Shown here: piece by piece, positions 10,405 to 20,816 of the stretch
Numbering within the stretch: the stretch's first letter is position 1
Layout of the letters: every line of letters begins with the position of its first letter
Source: Lentisphaeria bacterium
Lineage (GTDB): Bacteria > Verrucomicrobiota > Lentisphaeria > Victivallales > UBA1829
DNA: 64,000 nucleotides
Direction of reading: 5' to 3'
Assembly: GCA_017541665.1 (NCBI GenBank)
Contig: JAFXYP010000069.1
Coordinates: forward strand, 27,945-91,944
Translations under genes and position numbers: made by a program
The notes under the pieces: generated by a model
What the model was told of the DNA's origin: nothing
The model's input: the letters and a program-made list of their open reading frames with translations, nothing else
Database searches by the model: none

Positions 10405-11151
10405 ATGCCGGAGTCCGACCCTAACCTCACGAAGTTCCTGGCGGCTTCCGGCGCCGCTTCCAGACGGCATTCCGCCGAGCTCATCAAGACCGGCCATGTG
10501 TCCGTGAACGGCGCCGTCTGCATCGATCCCTCCGTCCGCATCGGCCCCGGGGACCGCGTGTCGCTGGACGGACGGGACATCGAACCCGTCCGCGCCTTCG
10601 TCTATGTCATGCTCCACAAGCCGCGCGGCTACGTATGCACCTCCGACGACCCACACGCCCCGAAGAAAGCCCTGGACCTGATCGACATCCCGGACGTCCG
10701 CCTCGTTTCCGCGGGGCGCCTCGACAAGAACAGCGAAGGGCTCATCCTCTTCTCCAACGACGGTGCGTGGATCGAACAGCTCACGCATCCCCGCCACGGC
10801 ACGCGGAAGACCTACCAGGTCACCACCGACCGGCCGCTTACCTCCGCCGATATCCGGCTTCTCACCACCTCCGGCGTGCAGAACGACGGCGAGACGCTCC
10901 GGGCGCTCTCCATTCGCGCGCAGGCTCCCGGCCGTTATATCTTCATCCTCGGCGAAGGCAGGAACCGCGAGATCCGCCGCATGATGGAATCGCTCGGCAA
11001 CCGCACGCGCAGGCTCAAACGCATCGCGGTCGGCGGTCTCCGGCTTGGCGGACTTCCCATGGGACAGTGGCGCAAGCTCACACCCGCCGAAGCGCAGCTC
11101 GCCCTGGGCGGCCTGAAACCTGTTCGCGGCAAATCGGGATCGCCGGACTGA
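10405..11151 (+). CDS. rRNA pseudouridine synthase, RsuA/RluB family with S4 domain
   Basis: L-KFLA-SG-ASRR, HKPRGYV, GRLDKNSEGL, EGRNREIRRM. Confidence 0.92.
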   Translation: MPESDPNLTKFLAASGAASRRHSAELIKTGHVSVNGAVCIDPSVRIGPGDRVSLDGRDIEPVRAFVYVMLHKPRGYVCTSDDPHAPKKALDLIDIPDVRLVSAGRLDKNSEGLILFSNDGAWIEQLTHPRHGTRKTYQVTTDRPLTSADIRLLTTSGVQNDGETLRALSIRAQAPGRYIFILGEGRNREIRRMMESLGNRTRRLKRIAVGGLRLGGLPMGQWRKLTPAEAQLALGGLKPVRGKSGSPD

Positions 11152-11265
11152 TCCGGTTTCTTTTTGTGGCATTCCGGAACCGTCCCGAATGTCTTTCAGC
11201 ATCTTTATGCAGGCGTCCTTGCAGGCTTGAGCTCGTTTTTTTTTATACTTTTTTCCGGTTTCGGT

Positions 11266-11294
11266 TTGCATTTTCCAAACCCGGGGTGTATATT
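11266..11294 (+). promoter_or_regulatory. Sigma70-type promoter of tRNA-Asp
   Basis: TTGCAT-17 nt-TATATT, 21 nt upstream of the tRNA. Confidence 0.65.
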
Positions 11295-11315
11295 AAATCT
11301 CATGCAAGAAATTGC

Positions 11316-11392
11316 GGGGGCGTAGCTCAACTGGTTAGAGTGCCACCCTGTCACGGTGGATGTTGCGGGTTCGAATCCCGTCGCTCTCGCCA
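11316..11392 (+). tRNA. tRNA-Asp (GTC)
   Basis: Acceptor GGGGGCG/CGCTCTC, D-arm, anticodon stem CCACC/GGTGG around CT-GTC-AC, GGTTCGAATCC T-loop, encoded CCA. Confidence 0.96.
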
Positions 11393-11430
11393 TTTTTGTA
11401 TCTGCACAGTACAAAATGGCGTTTTTTTAT
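11388..11430 (+). terminator. Intrinsic terminator after tRNA-Asp
   Basis: CGCCATTTTTGTA...TACAAAATGGCG hairpin followed by T7. Confidence 0.65.
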
Positions 11431-11498
11431 GTCTTGAATCCGTGCCGTCGCGAAGCACGGCACAACCGCAGCGGAGGCCATGCCTCCCCGGGGGGCGC

Positions 11499-12395
11499 AT
11501 GGAAAGGATCCTTCAACATTTCATCGGCTATCTGACGGCCGAACGCGGCCTCGCACGGAATTCCACCGCCGCCTATTCCTCCGACCTCGAAGACTTCGTC
11601 CAATGGCTCCATGCGCAGGGCATCGAGTCGTTCGACGCTGCCGGACGCGACGCCATCATCGACTACCTGGAATACTGCCGCGACGAACGCGGCCTGGAGA
11701 CGGTCAGCATCGCGCGCCGCCTGGTGGCGATCAAGATCCTCTACCGGTACCTTTTCCGCGAACGCCTGATCGCCGCGGATGTCACGGACGTGATGGATTC
11801 GCCGAAATTCTGGCGCATCCTGCCGGATTTCCTGAACGTTGCCGAAGTCGATGCCCTGCTCAACGCTTACCCCGTGAAATCGCAGGACCCGCTCGTCATC
11901 CGCAACCGCTGCATCCTGGAGCTGCTGTATTCCTGCGGGCTTCGCGTCAGCGAATGCGTGAACCTCCGGTTCGGCTCCGTCCGGTTCGACGAATGCACCA
12001 TCCGCGTGCTCGGCAAGGGCTCCAAGGAACGCATCGTGCCGATGGGCGACGCCGCGATCCGCCAGCTGAAACGCTATCTGGAGAAAGCCCGGCCGGAACT
12101 CGCCGGCGACGGTGCCGCGCCACAGCTCTTCCTCTCCAACCACGGTCGCAAGCTCGACCGCGAACGCGTCTGGATGGTCGTGAAAGAGGCCGCCCGCATC
12201 GCCGGGATCGCCAAGAACATCCATCCCCACACGCTCCGCCATTCCTTCGCCAGCCATCTGCTCGAAAACGGCGCCGACCTGCGCGTGATCCAGGAGATGC
12301 TCGGACACGCCGACATCAGCACCACACAGATTTACACGCACGTCGACGAGAACCGCCTGCTCGGCGTCTTCAATAAATTCCATCCGAGAGCCTGA
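11499..12395 (+). CDS. xerD: Tyrosine recombinase XerD
   Basis: ERGLARNS-AY--DL N-terminus; LY-CGLRVSE; GKGSKERIVP; HPHTLRHSFASHLLENGADLRVIQEMLGHADISTTQIYTHV. Confidence 0.88.
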   Translation: MERILQHFIGYLTAERGLARNSTAAYSSDLEDFVQWLHAQGIESFDAAGRDAIIDYLEYCRDERGLETVSIARRLVAIKILYRYLFRERLIAADVTDVMDSPKFWRILPDFLNVAEVDALLNAYPVKSQDPLVIRNRCILELLYSCGLRVSECVNLRFGSVRFDECTIRVLGKGSKERIVPMGDAAIRQLKRYLEKARPELAGDGAAPQLFLSNHGRKLDRERVWMVVKEAARIAGIAKNIHPHTLRHSFASHLLENGADLRVIQEMLGHADISTTQIYTHVDENRLLGVFNKFHPRA

Positions 12396-12401
12396 CCGCC
12401 C

Positions 12402-13493
12402 ATGAAATTGAAGGAATTCCTCAACACGCCCATTCGCCGCATGGTCGCACGCAACATCGCTCTGTCGCTCGTCGTCGGCATCTGTCTGCTGTACGTGGCG
12501 CTGCACGATTCCCGCCGGATGCACAGCGAGACCATCATGTTCTCCACCATGAGCACATTCGGGACGGTCAGCCTGGCGCACAAGGAGAAAATGGTGCTGA
12601 GCAATGCCCTGACGGCGGCGCACGAGGCGGTGCGCGAGGTGGAGAAGACCTGCAATATCTTCGACCCGGAAAGCGAGCTTTCCAAACTCAACGCGACCGC
12701 GGCGGACGAATCCTTCGCGTGCGGCGACCTGCTGTGGGACGTGCTCACGCAGGCGCGCGCGTTTTACCGCGATTCCGGCGGGCTCTTCGACGTGACCATC
12801 GACCCGCTGATGAAGCTCTGGGGATTCCACAGCAAACGCGAGACGCTGCCCTCCGCAGAGGAAATCGCCGAGGCAAAACGGTGCACCGGGCTCGACAAGG
12901 TCGTGTTCGACGACGAAAAGCATACCGTGAAATTCACCGTGCCCGGCATGTCGATCAACCTCGGCGGCATCGCCAAGGGCTATGCGCTCGACCGTGCCGC
13001 CGACGCCGTCCGCGCGCTCGGCGTCACGACCGGCTGGATTGAGATCGGCGGCAATATCCTGGCGCTCCCGAAGAAATCCGGCGGCGGCAAATACGCCGCA
13101 GGCATCCGCGATCCGTTCCGCAAGGATGATCTCCTCGGACGCACCTCGCTCAGCGACGCCGCGATCAGCACCAGCGGCAATTACGAACGTTACGTGCTCA
13201 TCGACGGCAGGCAGTACACGCACATCATCGATCCCTCGACCGGGTTGCCCGTGGCCGATATGGATTCCGTCTCCGTGATCGTGCCCGCGGGGAAGGCCGC
13301 CCCGCCGGGAGTCGCCTCGGACGCCCTCTCCACGTCCATTTTCATTGCCGGGCCGGACGCCGTGGCGGGTTGGACGAAGAAGTTCCCCGGATTGCGCGTG
13401 CTGATCGTGCGAGGGCCCGCCGACAAGCCGGAGATCCTGAAATTCGGCAGGGGCTGGGGCGAGATCCCTTCCGAACTCCCGCCGCGGCAGTGA
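12402..13493 (+). CDS. apbE: FAD:protein FMN transferase
   Basis: SELSKLN, G-FDVTI-PL--LWGF, INLGGIAKGYALD, STSGNYER, HIIDP-TG, DALST. Confidence 0.92.
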   Translation: MKLKEFLNTPIRRMVARNIALSLVVGICLLYVALHDSRRMHSETIMFSTMSTFGTVSLAHKEKMVLSNALTAAHEAVREVEKTCNIFDPESELSKLNATAADESFACGDLLWDVLTQARAFYRDSGGLFDVTIDPLMKLWGFHSKRETLPSAEEIAEAKRCTGLDKVVFDDEKHTVKFTVPGMSINLGGIAKGYALDRAADAVRALGVTTGWIEIGGNILALPKKSGGGKYAAGIRDPFRKDDLLGRTSLSDAAISTSGNYERYVLIDGRQYTHIIDPSTGLPVADMDSVSVIVPAGKAAPPGVASDALSTSIFIAGPDAVAGWTKKFPGLRVLIVRGPADKPEILKFGRGWGEIPSELPPRQ

Positions 13494-13638
13494 TGGGGCC
13501 CGGTATTCCTCCGTTCGATCAGGACGAAGAAGCCTGTCGGCCCGATCGCGTTGGAGACAACAGGCGATTCCGCTTTTTTGCCTGTTTCCGGTGTTTTTAA
13601 AAACAAAAAACCGGAACGGGGCAAATGCACCATTCCGG

Positions 13639-13672
13639 AAAAAAACAGCCCCGGGACTTCCGCTCCGGGGGC
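13639..13672 (-). terminator. Probable intrinsic terminator ending the minus-strand polysaccharide transcript
   Basis: GCCCCGG...CCGGGGGC inverted repeat with an A7 run on the + strand side (T run on -). Confidence 0.4.
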
Positions 13673-13946
13673 AAAAACGGGATTCAACGCAGGCGCTGAT
13701 GAACCGTTCCTTTTTCTGAACCTTCAGATCATGATTTCTTCAAATCAGCTTGTTCCACGATTCGAGGGAAACTGCAGAATAACCGAGTGTTGTGTCAATC
13801 TCGCACGCAGATTAGGGGCATGACATTCCGTTTTTGAACAATTAATTCAATCGCTGAAACAGGGACTGCTGCATACATGCCGGATCGCGCAATGCCATGT
13901 TCGTTTTTCCGTCGAACAATGCAGGTTCCTTTGCACAAAAGCAAAG

Positions 13947-14180
13947 TTATACCGAATAAAAGCCGCGATACCACTTTACGAATTGTTCAACGCCTTCTTC
14001 GATGCCGACTTTCGGGCAGTACCCGTAATCTTTTTCCAATGCCGAAGTGTCTGCCCAGGTCGTCGTAACGTCGCCCTATTTTTCCGGAACAAGATCGACT
14101 GCTTTGACCGTGTTGTGCTGAGAAAGCAAAACGGCCATTGAAAGCCCGACATATCCAGTTCCCGCGATGGCGATTTTCAT
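13947..14180 (-). pseudogene. Deletion remnant: UDP-glucose 6-dehydrogenase N-terminus joined to a UDP-glucuronate-epimerase-like C-terminus
   Basis: Minus strand from ATG 14180 reads [34 protein letters not shown] then in the same frame GDVTTTWADTSALEKDYGYCPKVGIEEGVEQFVKWYRGFYSV*. Confidence 0.8.
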
Positions 14181-14246
14181 TCTGTAGAATCCTGATGTGT
14201 TTTTTGTCGAATCAACTGATTGTTGCAGGAAAACAAAGGAGAAAAA

Positions 14247-15113
14247 CTACTCCTCGATCATCCTCAGCAGATATTGTCCGTATTCGGTCTTGAGCATGTC
14301 CTGCACGCTGGCGCGGATGTCGGATTTCGTCATCCAGCCGTTCTCGTAGGCGATTTCCTGCAGGCAGGCGATCTGAAGTCCCTGGCGCGTCTCGACCGTG
14401 CGGATGAAATTCGCGGCGTCGAGCATGCTGTCGTGCGTGCCGGTGTCGAGCCAGGCATAGCCGCGTTTGAAAAGCTCGACGTGAAGTTGGCCGCGCCGGA
14501 GATAGTCGTTGTTGACGGCGGTTATTTCGAGCTCGCCGCGTGCGGACGGTCTGATGCTTTTCGCGATGTTGATGACATCGTTGTCGTAGAAGTAAAGCCC
14601 GGTCACGGCATAGTTCGATTTCGGTTTGGCGGGTTTCTCCTCAATGGAAATGGCATTCCCCTCGGGATCGAACTCGACCACGCCGAAGCGTTCCGGGTCG
14701 CAGACGTGGTAGCCGAACACGGTCGCGCCGACCTCGCGTTCCGCTGCATTTCGCAACAGCTTGCCGAGCTTCGCGCCGTAGAAGATGTTGTCGCCGAGCA
14801 CGAGCGCCACGCGGTCGGGTCCGATGAACTCCTCGCCGATCAGGAACGCCTGCGCGAGCCCTTCGGGCTTCGGCTGGACGGCATAAGTGAAACTCACGCC
14901 GAACCGCGAACCGTTGCCGAGCAGGCGTTTGAAGCTGGGTTGGTCTTCCGGCGTGGTGATGATGAGGATGTCGCGGATGCCCGCCAGCATGAGCGTGCTG
15001 ATCGGGTAGTAGACCATCGGTTTGTCGTACACGCCGAGGAGCTGTTTGGACACGCCGCGGGTGATCGGGTGAAGGCGCGTTCCCGCGCCGCCTGCCAAAA
15101 CAATGCCTTTCAT
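14247..15113 (-). CDS. rfbA: Glucose-1-phosphate thymidylyltransferase
   Basis: [50 protein letters not shown]. Confidence 0.96.
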   Translation of the reverse strand: MKGIVLAGGAGTRLHPITRGVSKQLLGVYDKPMVYYPISTLMLAGIRDILIITTPEDQPSFKRLLGNGSRFGVSFTYAVQPKPEGLAQAFLIGEEFIGPDRVALVLGDNIFYGAKLGKLLRNAAEREVGATVFGYHVCDPERFGVVEFDPEGNAISIEEKPAKPKSNYAVTGLYFYDNDVINIAKSIRPSARGELEITAVNNDYLRRGQLHVELFKRGYAWLDTGTHDSMLDAANFIRTVETRQGLQIACLQEIAYENGWMTKSDIRASVQDMLKTEYGQYLLRMIEE

Positions 15114-15115
15114 GT

Positions 15116-16180
15116 TCAATCTCCTGTTCCGAGGCGTTCCATTTTGTACGAGCCGCTGAGCACGTGCGCGCACCAGTCGTCCTTGTGTTCGAGGTACCAG
15201 AGCACCGTCTTGCGGATGCCGCTTTCGAATGTCTCCTGCGGCTTCCAGCCGAGTTCGCGCGCGATCTTCGACGGGTCGATGGCATAACGCAGGTCGTGGC
15301 CGGGGCGGTCCTTCACGTGGACGATCTGTTCGGCGTAGGATTTGCCGTCGGCGCGCGGCCTGAGCTCGTCGAGCAGGGTGCAGATCGTCTTCACGACCTC
15401 GATGTTCTTCTTCTCGTTGTGCCCGCCGATGTTGTACGTCTCGCCGGGGACGCCCTTTGTTGCGACGAGGTACAGCGCCCGGGCGTGGTCTTCGACGTAC
15501 AGCCAGTCGCGAATCTGCAGGCCCTTGCCGTAGACCGGCAGTTCCTTACCGTCCAAAGCGTGCAGGATCACCAGCGGGATGAGCTTCTCCGGGAAGTGGT
15601 ACGGCCCGTAGTTGTTCGAGCAGTTCGTGACCACCGTCGGCAGCCCGAACGTGCGTTTCCACGCCCGGACCAGGTGGTCGCTCGACGCCTTGCTGGCGCT
15701 GTATGGCGAACTTGGCGCGTACGGCGTGGTTTCGCGGAAGAAATCCCCCGGTCTGTTCAGGTCGCCGTAGACCTCATCCGTCGAAATGTGGTGGAACTTG
15801 AACGCGGCCCTCCCGGCATCGTCGAGCGCATGGTAGTATTTCCGCGCCGCTTCAAGGAGCGTGTACGTGCCCACGATGTTCGTCCGGATGAACTCGCCCG
15901 GACCGTCGATGGAACGGTCCACGTGGCTTTCCGCGGCGAGGTGCATCACGTGCGTCGGCTTGAACTCGGAGAATACGCGGTCCAGCTCGTCCTTGTCGCA
16001 AATGTCGACCTTCTCGAACTTGAAACGGTCGGATTGTGCGATCGGAGCCAGATTTTCCAGATTGCCGGCATAGGTGAGCTTGTCGACCACGCACACGGCA
16101 TCCGGTGTGTCGTTGATGATGTGCCGGGCAACAGCCGACCCGATGAATCCGGCGCCCCCGGTAACGATGATGCGGTTCAT
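15116..16180 (-). CDS. rfbB: dTDP-glucose 4,6-dehydratase
   Basis: [56 protein letters not shown]. Confidence 0.96.
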   Translation of the reverse strand: MNRIIVTGGAGFIGSAVARHIINDTPDAVCVVDKLTYAGNLENLAPIAQSDRFKFEKVDICDKDELDRVFSEFKPTHVMHLAAESHVDRSIDGPGEFIRTNIVGTYTLLEAARKYYHALDDAGRAAFKFHHISTDEVYGDLNRPGDFFRETTPYAPSSPYSASKASSDHLVRAWKRTFGLPTVVTNCSNNYGPYHFPEKLIPLVILHALDGKELPVYGKGLQIRDWLYVEDHARALYLVATKGVPGETYNIGGHNEKKNIEVVKTICTLLDELRPRADGKSYAEQIVHVKDRPGHDLRYAIDPSKIARELGWKPQETFESGIRKTVLWYLEHKDDWCAHVLSGSYKMERLGTGD

Positions 16181-16295
16181 GAAAGCGAGTGTTCTCTTTG
16201 GCAATGTTTTGGTTGCAGTGCTCAAAACAACGGTTTTTTTTGCTTGAAGAAAAAGTGATAATCTTTCCCGTCGAATCCCTGAGGATCGGGATGAA

Positions 16296-16853
16296 TCATG
16301 CTATGGCCTTGCACCAGGCTGCCGGGTATTGAATGCGAACGGACGATTCGACCGAAGTGACATTGATGTATACATGCCCGTTTTCCTGCGGTGCATCCAG
16401 AATTACGCCATGTTCGCCCTTAAACGGCCCTTCCGTAAAAACAACGTGAATTCCCTTTTTCAGCCCCTCGCTGACATCCATGTCTTCCGAGCGGGAAACG
16501 TTTTCAAGCTTCCTGATGATTTCAAGTTCGTGGAGAAGGGTATCTTCCGTTGCTTCATCAACCGGGAGTATCCGAATGACTTCTCTTTTCCTCATCAACT
16601 CGGATTTGAAATCGGGCGGGATGCAGGCGAAGAGATAGTTTGAAAACATCGGAAGGATGAATTCGCGCTTATAACAGTAGGAACGGCCTTTGCTGATGAC
16701 GGGATGAACCTTTATGATTCGTTTCATCGGCAGATAAACAGGAAAACCCTCCTGGTCGATCAGGGAAAAAACCTTCTTCTCATTCCTGCAAAGAGTGTAA
16801 ACCGGCTGCCAAAGCAGCCCTTCATGCTTCTCAAAAAGAACTTGTTCTGTCAT
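16296..16853 (-). CDS. UpxY/RfaH-type NusG paralog (transcription antiterminator)
   Basis: [22 protein letters not shown] domain; KOW-like G-V--TEGPFKG--G; first gene of a polysaccharide unit. Confidence 0.82.
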   Translation of the reverse strand: MTEQVLFEKHEGLLWQPVYTLCRNEKKVFSLIDQEGFPVYLPMKRIIKVHPVISKGRSYCYKREFILPMFSNYLFACIPPDFKSELMRKREVIRILPVDEATEDTLLHELEIIRKLENVSRSEDMDVSEGLKKGIHVVFTEGPFKGEHGVILDAPQENGHVYINVTSVESSVRIQYPAAWCKAIA

Positions 16854-16877
16854 AAAGTGAACTCACGAACTGAAAAG

Positions 16878-16921
16878 CCGGGCATCCGCAGGCATTTCGG
16901 GGGAAAACGATCCCCTGCAAT
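16878..16921 (-). promoter_or_regulatory. Conserved leader element, copy 1 (candidate antitermination/ops-like site)
   Basis: 39/44 identical to 37273-37316; 24 nt upstream of the UpxY-like start. Confidence 0.6.
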
Positions 16922-17282
16922 GCGGAACCGGTCTTGCTCCGGCTGAAAAAGAAGAACCGTTTTATTTCGACTCAGACGAGGGAAACAAAACGGGGTATGT
17001 GTCTGGGGCGAAAAACGGCATGGGCCATGAGATGTCCATGTCGACGTAAAGGTTTCCGACTCCTTTGGGCGGGGGAATCAGGAGATGAGGAAGCGCTCAC
17101 GATGAGAGGGCGGGAAATCCAGGCGCCAACGCCGTTCAACGTCTGGCAGAGATGTGTCGTGTGTGCTTCGAACATGTCCGGTTTGTACTTAAATTGTTTT
17201 AGACCCGCGACGAACATGCGAGTTCCGTATTTTGGTTCTGCGTCGTGCCCGGATCGCTCCGGACAGAACACTTTATTCTCCA

Positions 17283-17311
17283 AATATAATGCTTTTTTTC
17301 AGCAAAGTCAA
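17283..17311 (-). promoter_or_regulatory. Sigma70-type promoter of the upxY-rfbB-rfbA unit
   Basis: Minus strand TTGACT-17 nt-TATATT, giving a ~420-nt leader. Confidence 0.6.
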
Positions 17312-17466
17312 GTTCACAAATTGAAAAATGGGCTTTTTTCTGACGATACGGACATTGCTTGCGGACATGCCGTTTCTTCCTGTTTTTCCAGTGTCGCCGC
17401 GGGGTGTCCGGCCGTTTTCGTAAAGCTTCTGAATGAATGTCAGGGCATTCTGCAGACCGGCCCGTT

Positions 17467-18432
17467 TTATACTGCCGACCTGCTTTTGATCCAATCCAGG
17501 GTGATCTTTGTGCCTTCCGCCCTTGAATAGGGGGGATTCGGTGCGACGGAATACGTCGATTCCACATCGTTTTCGAACGAAGTCGTCATGTTCGTCAGGC
17601 GATAGCTTGTCATCGGGAACGGTATGTGGAAAAGCCTGAGGAAATCGCCGGCCAGGGCGGCAGTCTTGAATACGAAGAAAGGAATGGTCGGGATGCGGAT
17701 CCCGACTTCTGCCGCAATCTCATTGGCCCACTGCCGGATCGAGACTGCCGGGCGGTCTCCGAGGTAGAAGATCTTCCCCTCTATTTGCCCGCGGGGAGCG
17801 TCCAACAGGATCGTCTCCATTTGATAGATCAGGTTCCCGACGAAACCGAACGTCCTGTTCGCATCTTTTCCGCTCATGTGGAAATAATGCCCGTTTATCA
17901 CCATATAAAAGAAGTGGCAGTACGGTTCCTCGAACCATGGCCCCCAGATGGACGTCGGGCGCACGATCGCATATTCGAACGGAAGGTCCTTGCTCGATCG
18001 CAGGAACAATTCCCCCTGTTTCTTGCTTTCGCCGTAGAAATTGATGGTTTCGAAGTCGTTTTCGTCTTTCGGGTTCCGTCTCGCGCAGACCAGCTGGGTC
18101 GAGGTGAAAATGACACGTTTGACGGACGGTGTCTCCCGGAGGGCGCGGACCATGTTTTCGACTCCCCTGGTGTTCTGGGCGTAATCGTCCAGCGACTTCC
18201 CGTTGAGGTCGGTCCGTGCGGCGAGGTGGATCACATAGTCCGGGGCGAACTCCCGGATCGTCTGCGTCAGCTTGTCCCCGTTCAGAATATCGAGGTCGCA
18301 CCAGTATTGTTGATGCTCCTTTTTCTTAGGGGGCTTCCAGTCGATGTTCAGGACCTCGAATCCTTTCGAAAGGTAGTGGTCTACGGTGTTGGTGCCGATA
18401 AAACCGGAACCGCCTGTGATGAGGATTTTCAT
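17467..18432 (-). CDS. NAD-dependent epimerase/dehydratase
   Basis: ILITGGSGFIG, HLAARTD, YGESK, RPTSIWGP. Confidence 0.88.
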   Translation of the reverse strand: MKILITGGSGFIGTNTVDHYLSKGFEVLNIDWKPPKKKEHQQYWCDLDILNGDKLTQTIREFAPDYVIHLAARTDLNGKSLDDYAQNTRGVENMVRALRETPSVKRVIFTSTQLVCARRNPKDENDFETINFYGESKKQGELFLRSSKDLPFEYAIVRPTSIWGPWFEEPYCHFFYMVINGHYFHMSGKDANRTFGFVGNLIYQMETILLDAPRGQIEGKIFYLGDRPAVSIRQWANEIAAEVGIRIPTIPFFVFKTAALAGDFLRLFHIPFPMTSYRLTNMTTSFENDVESTYSVAPNPPYSRAEGTKITLDWIKSRSAV

Positions 18433-18453
18433 AAAAAGTATTTCCGAATCGGA

Positions 18454-19617
18454 TTAAAAGTCTTTGGAGGATTTCCAGAGGTTTTTATAGAAAAAATAGA
18501 GCGGCTGTTTGATGCGGTATTTCAGAAGGTTCTTCCTGCATGTTTCCGTGATGCCCGTTTCCTTCAGGGCCGCATAGAAGCCTTTTTGGCGATAGCTGTC
18601 GAGGAACGGTCCGCGCAGGGCATGGCGGGGTGTCGGCTGCCTCAGCTGGGCGTTTCCGGCGACCGCCTCGGAAACATCCCGTTCGATCAGCACCAGCTCG
18701 TTTTGCAGCACATCGAGGATCTTCCTGCCGGATTGCGTGTTGACCAGGATCATGGACGGGAAAAAGGGGACTCTCTCCAGACCTTTCCGGTCCAATCCCC
18801 AGAAATCCCCCAGGGTCAGGTCCGCAATGCGTTCCGCGGATGCGAACGGACAGGAATAACAGGATTCATTCAGGTCGATCCCGTACATGAACGCATAGAA
18901 ATACGGATCGCTTTTCCAGTCCCGCTTCAGGAGAAGCTTTTTCCCGGAACGGACGAACATGCAATAGCCGTTCGTGTTGTCCCGGAAAGAGCAGGTGATT
19001 CCCCGATGCCCGGAAACCAGATGGTCAAGATACTCTCTCCAATACCGGGCGGGCGGCGCTCCGTGGCAGATCAGGTCGACCGTCAGGAGATTGCCGTACC
19101 GTTTGCCGAGGCAACCGTAGAGTCCCGCGATCTGGCACGGCGTCCCGATCCAGAGGACCTTGCGCCCTTTTTCCAGGAAAGCCTTTGTCCGGCGGTATGT
19201 GTCCTTCGCAGCGCTTTTGAGATATTTCGATCCCCGGGCGGCTTCGAGCTCGTCCAGGGTCTCGATACATGTTTGTTCCACTTCCCCGTCGGAGGTGTAA
19301 CGGCAGGCGAAAACGACTCCGCCGTCATGGATCGTCTTTTTCGAAATCGCGTAAGCGATCCCGCCGGAAGACGACCCTCTCCGTTCCTGCCTGTTCGCGG
19401 TCCATCCGGCATAGCACGCGAGGATGTCATGTGCATCGGGGGGGGTAAGGACAGGGCAGATTTTCCGGCATGCTCCGCACGAGACGCATTTGCCGGGGTC
19501 GATTTGAGGGGAGAGGAAACCCGAGGAGTCTTCCCGCAGCCGGATCGCGTCCCGCGGGCATATCTGCTCGCACGCGCCGCATGCGACACATCGTGCCGTG
19601 TCACACAGTGCGATCAT
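18454..19617 (-). CDS. FrhB/FdhB-like (F420 hydrogenase beta-type) 4Fe-4S protein of polysaccharide loci
   Basis: Two CxxCxxCxxxCP motifs, SSSGG, GSKY, GTPCQI, DLICHG-P, D-TLGDFWG. Confidence 0.85.
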   Translation of the reverse strand: MIALCDTARCVACGACEQICPRDAIRLREDSSGFLSPQIDPGKCVSCGACRKICPVLTPPDAHDILACYAGWTANRQERRGSSSGGIAYAISKKTIHDGGVVFACRYTSDGEVEQTCIETLDELEAARGSKYLKSAAKDTYRRTKAFLEKGRKVLWIGTPCQIAGLYGCLGKRYGNLLTVDLICHGAPPARYWREYLDHLVSGHRGITCSFRDNTNGYCMFVRSGKKLLLKRDWKSDPYFYAFMYGIDLNESCYSCPFASAERIADLTLGDFWGLDRKGLERVPFFPSMILVNTQSGRKILDVLQNELVLIERDVSEAVAGNAQLRQPTPRHALRGPFLDSYRQKGFYAALKETGITETCRKNLLKYRIKQPLYFFYKNLWKSSKDF

Positions 19618-20794
19618 TCCGCAGTCCCGTGCATTTCCGCAGTTCGTTCGAAAGGAAGGACAGCGATTCCTGCCGCAGGTCGGAAATGCATTTTTCCGCT
19701 TGTGCGGAATAATCGGTCTTGTGTTTCAGGACCTCGCTCACCGACCCGCCCAGGAGCACGCCCCGGTCGCTCATGCCCGTCGCTTTCAGGATGTTTGCGA
19801 CACGGTCGTCCAGGGACTGGTTCGGATTCAGGATTGCCAGGAAATCCTTTCGGAAATTGATCGAGAATGCGGTGCCGTGGAACGAGGTCGTGACGACAAA
19901 GGCCGCCTTCGAGACCAGGTCCAGGAAATCTTCGGGGCCGACGTCCATGAGGGTCCTGACATTTGACCGGGCAGGATACAGATTCTTCCCGATAAAGACG
20001 AGGGGGAGGCCATAGGCTTTCCGCACCTCCTCGATCATCGCGTTGATCGCCGGATAGACGTTGAAGACATAGTCGAGGATGTAGCATAAGATATACTTCC
20101 CCTTGACCTGGATCGTGTTCGATTTGATTGCATTGAGCCAGTCGTTTCCGTCCAGGAGAAAGGTCGGGTCCAGGACGTATCTGGCGTCTTTTCTGCCGGT
20201 CAGATCCTCGATCAGCGAACAGCCGGACCGTTCCCGGACCGACAGGGCGTTGTAGCGCAGCAGATAGTGGCGGTATTCCTCGCGGAACTCCGGCCCCAGC
20301 TCGGAACATCCGAAGCTGGATGCGTAGGCGATCTTCGGGGCGGAATCCGGTGCGAAATTCAGGAGCATGGAGTGGTCGTGGTGCATGTACCGCGGATTCC
20401 AGCACTGATCGCTGCCGGTCAGGTAAATGTCGAACTGCGGCGGATCCTTTTCGATGCCCGCCATGTCGTATTCCTTCGTGTGCGGGATCCTGTCCAGGAA
20501 AGCCCTGAATTTGTCCTTCTGCCTGCGTGTCTCCCAAAACTCTCCGGTCATCAGCCGTTTGATCGTCCTTGCGACGGAGAAGACCAGGGGGAACCTTTCC
20601 AAAAACGAAAAACGTTTCCGGTTCTCGTCCCGGGCCGCTTTCGACAAATGGTATTTCGCAGGATATTGATAGTCGATCAGCGTGGCGGAATATCCAAGCC
20701 GTTCCAGAGCCGTGTGCATTGCGAAGGTCTGCAGCGCGGTCCCGAAGTTGATCCCCCTGTGTATGGTGATGAACCCGACTCTGATCCCGTTCAT
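19601..20794 (-). CDS. Polysaccharide pyruvyl transferase family protein
   Basis: NFGTALQ, GSDQCWN, YASSFG, SVRE, DPTFLL, TTSFHG. Confidence 0.88.
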   Translation of the reverse strand: MNGIRVGFITIHRGINFGTALQTFAMHTALERLGYSATLIDYQYPAKYHLSKAARDENRKRFSFLERFPLVFSVARTIKRLMTGEFWETRRQKDKFRAFLDRIPHTKEYDMAGIEKDPPQFDIYLTGSDQCWNPRYMHHDHSMLLNFAPDSAPKIAYASSFGCSELGPEFREEYRHYLLRYNALSVRERSGCSLIEDLTGRKDARYVLDPTFLLDGNDWLNAIKSNTIQVKGKYILCYILDYVFNVYPAINAMIEEVRKAYGLPLVFIGKNLYPARSNVRTLMDVGPEDFLDLVSKAAFVVTTSFHGTAFSINFRKDFLAILNPNQSLDDRVANILKATGMSDRGVLLGGSVSEVLKHKTDYSAQAEKCISDLRQESLSFLSNELRKCTGLRNDRTV

Positions 20795-20816
20795 GGAAAA
20801 GGTTCCCGGATCTTTT

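Noticed and set aside
10635-11498. N-terminal extension of the 586-aa ORF containing XerD
   Set aside because: It runs through the pseudouridine synthase gene and tRNA-Asp; the real start is ATG 11499
11316-12395. Tyrosine recombinase next to a tRNA as a possible island integrase
   Set aside because: The protein has canonical ~300-aa XerD features, host-like codon usage and a housekeeping neighbour (apbE); I saw no duplicated tRNA 3' end
3347-13223. Very long antisense and alternate-frame ORFs (e.g. 3347-5503, 7728-10580, 11427-13223; also 38262-41660 and 50262-53228)
   Set aside because: Shadow ORFs of high-GC3 genes; no motifs, and they fully overlap well-supported genes
16934-17567. Short ORFs in the leaders (16972-17283, and likewise 37158-37896 and 49181-49646)
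   Set aside because: No motifs or host-like codon bias, and they overlap promoters and structured leaders
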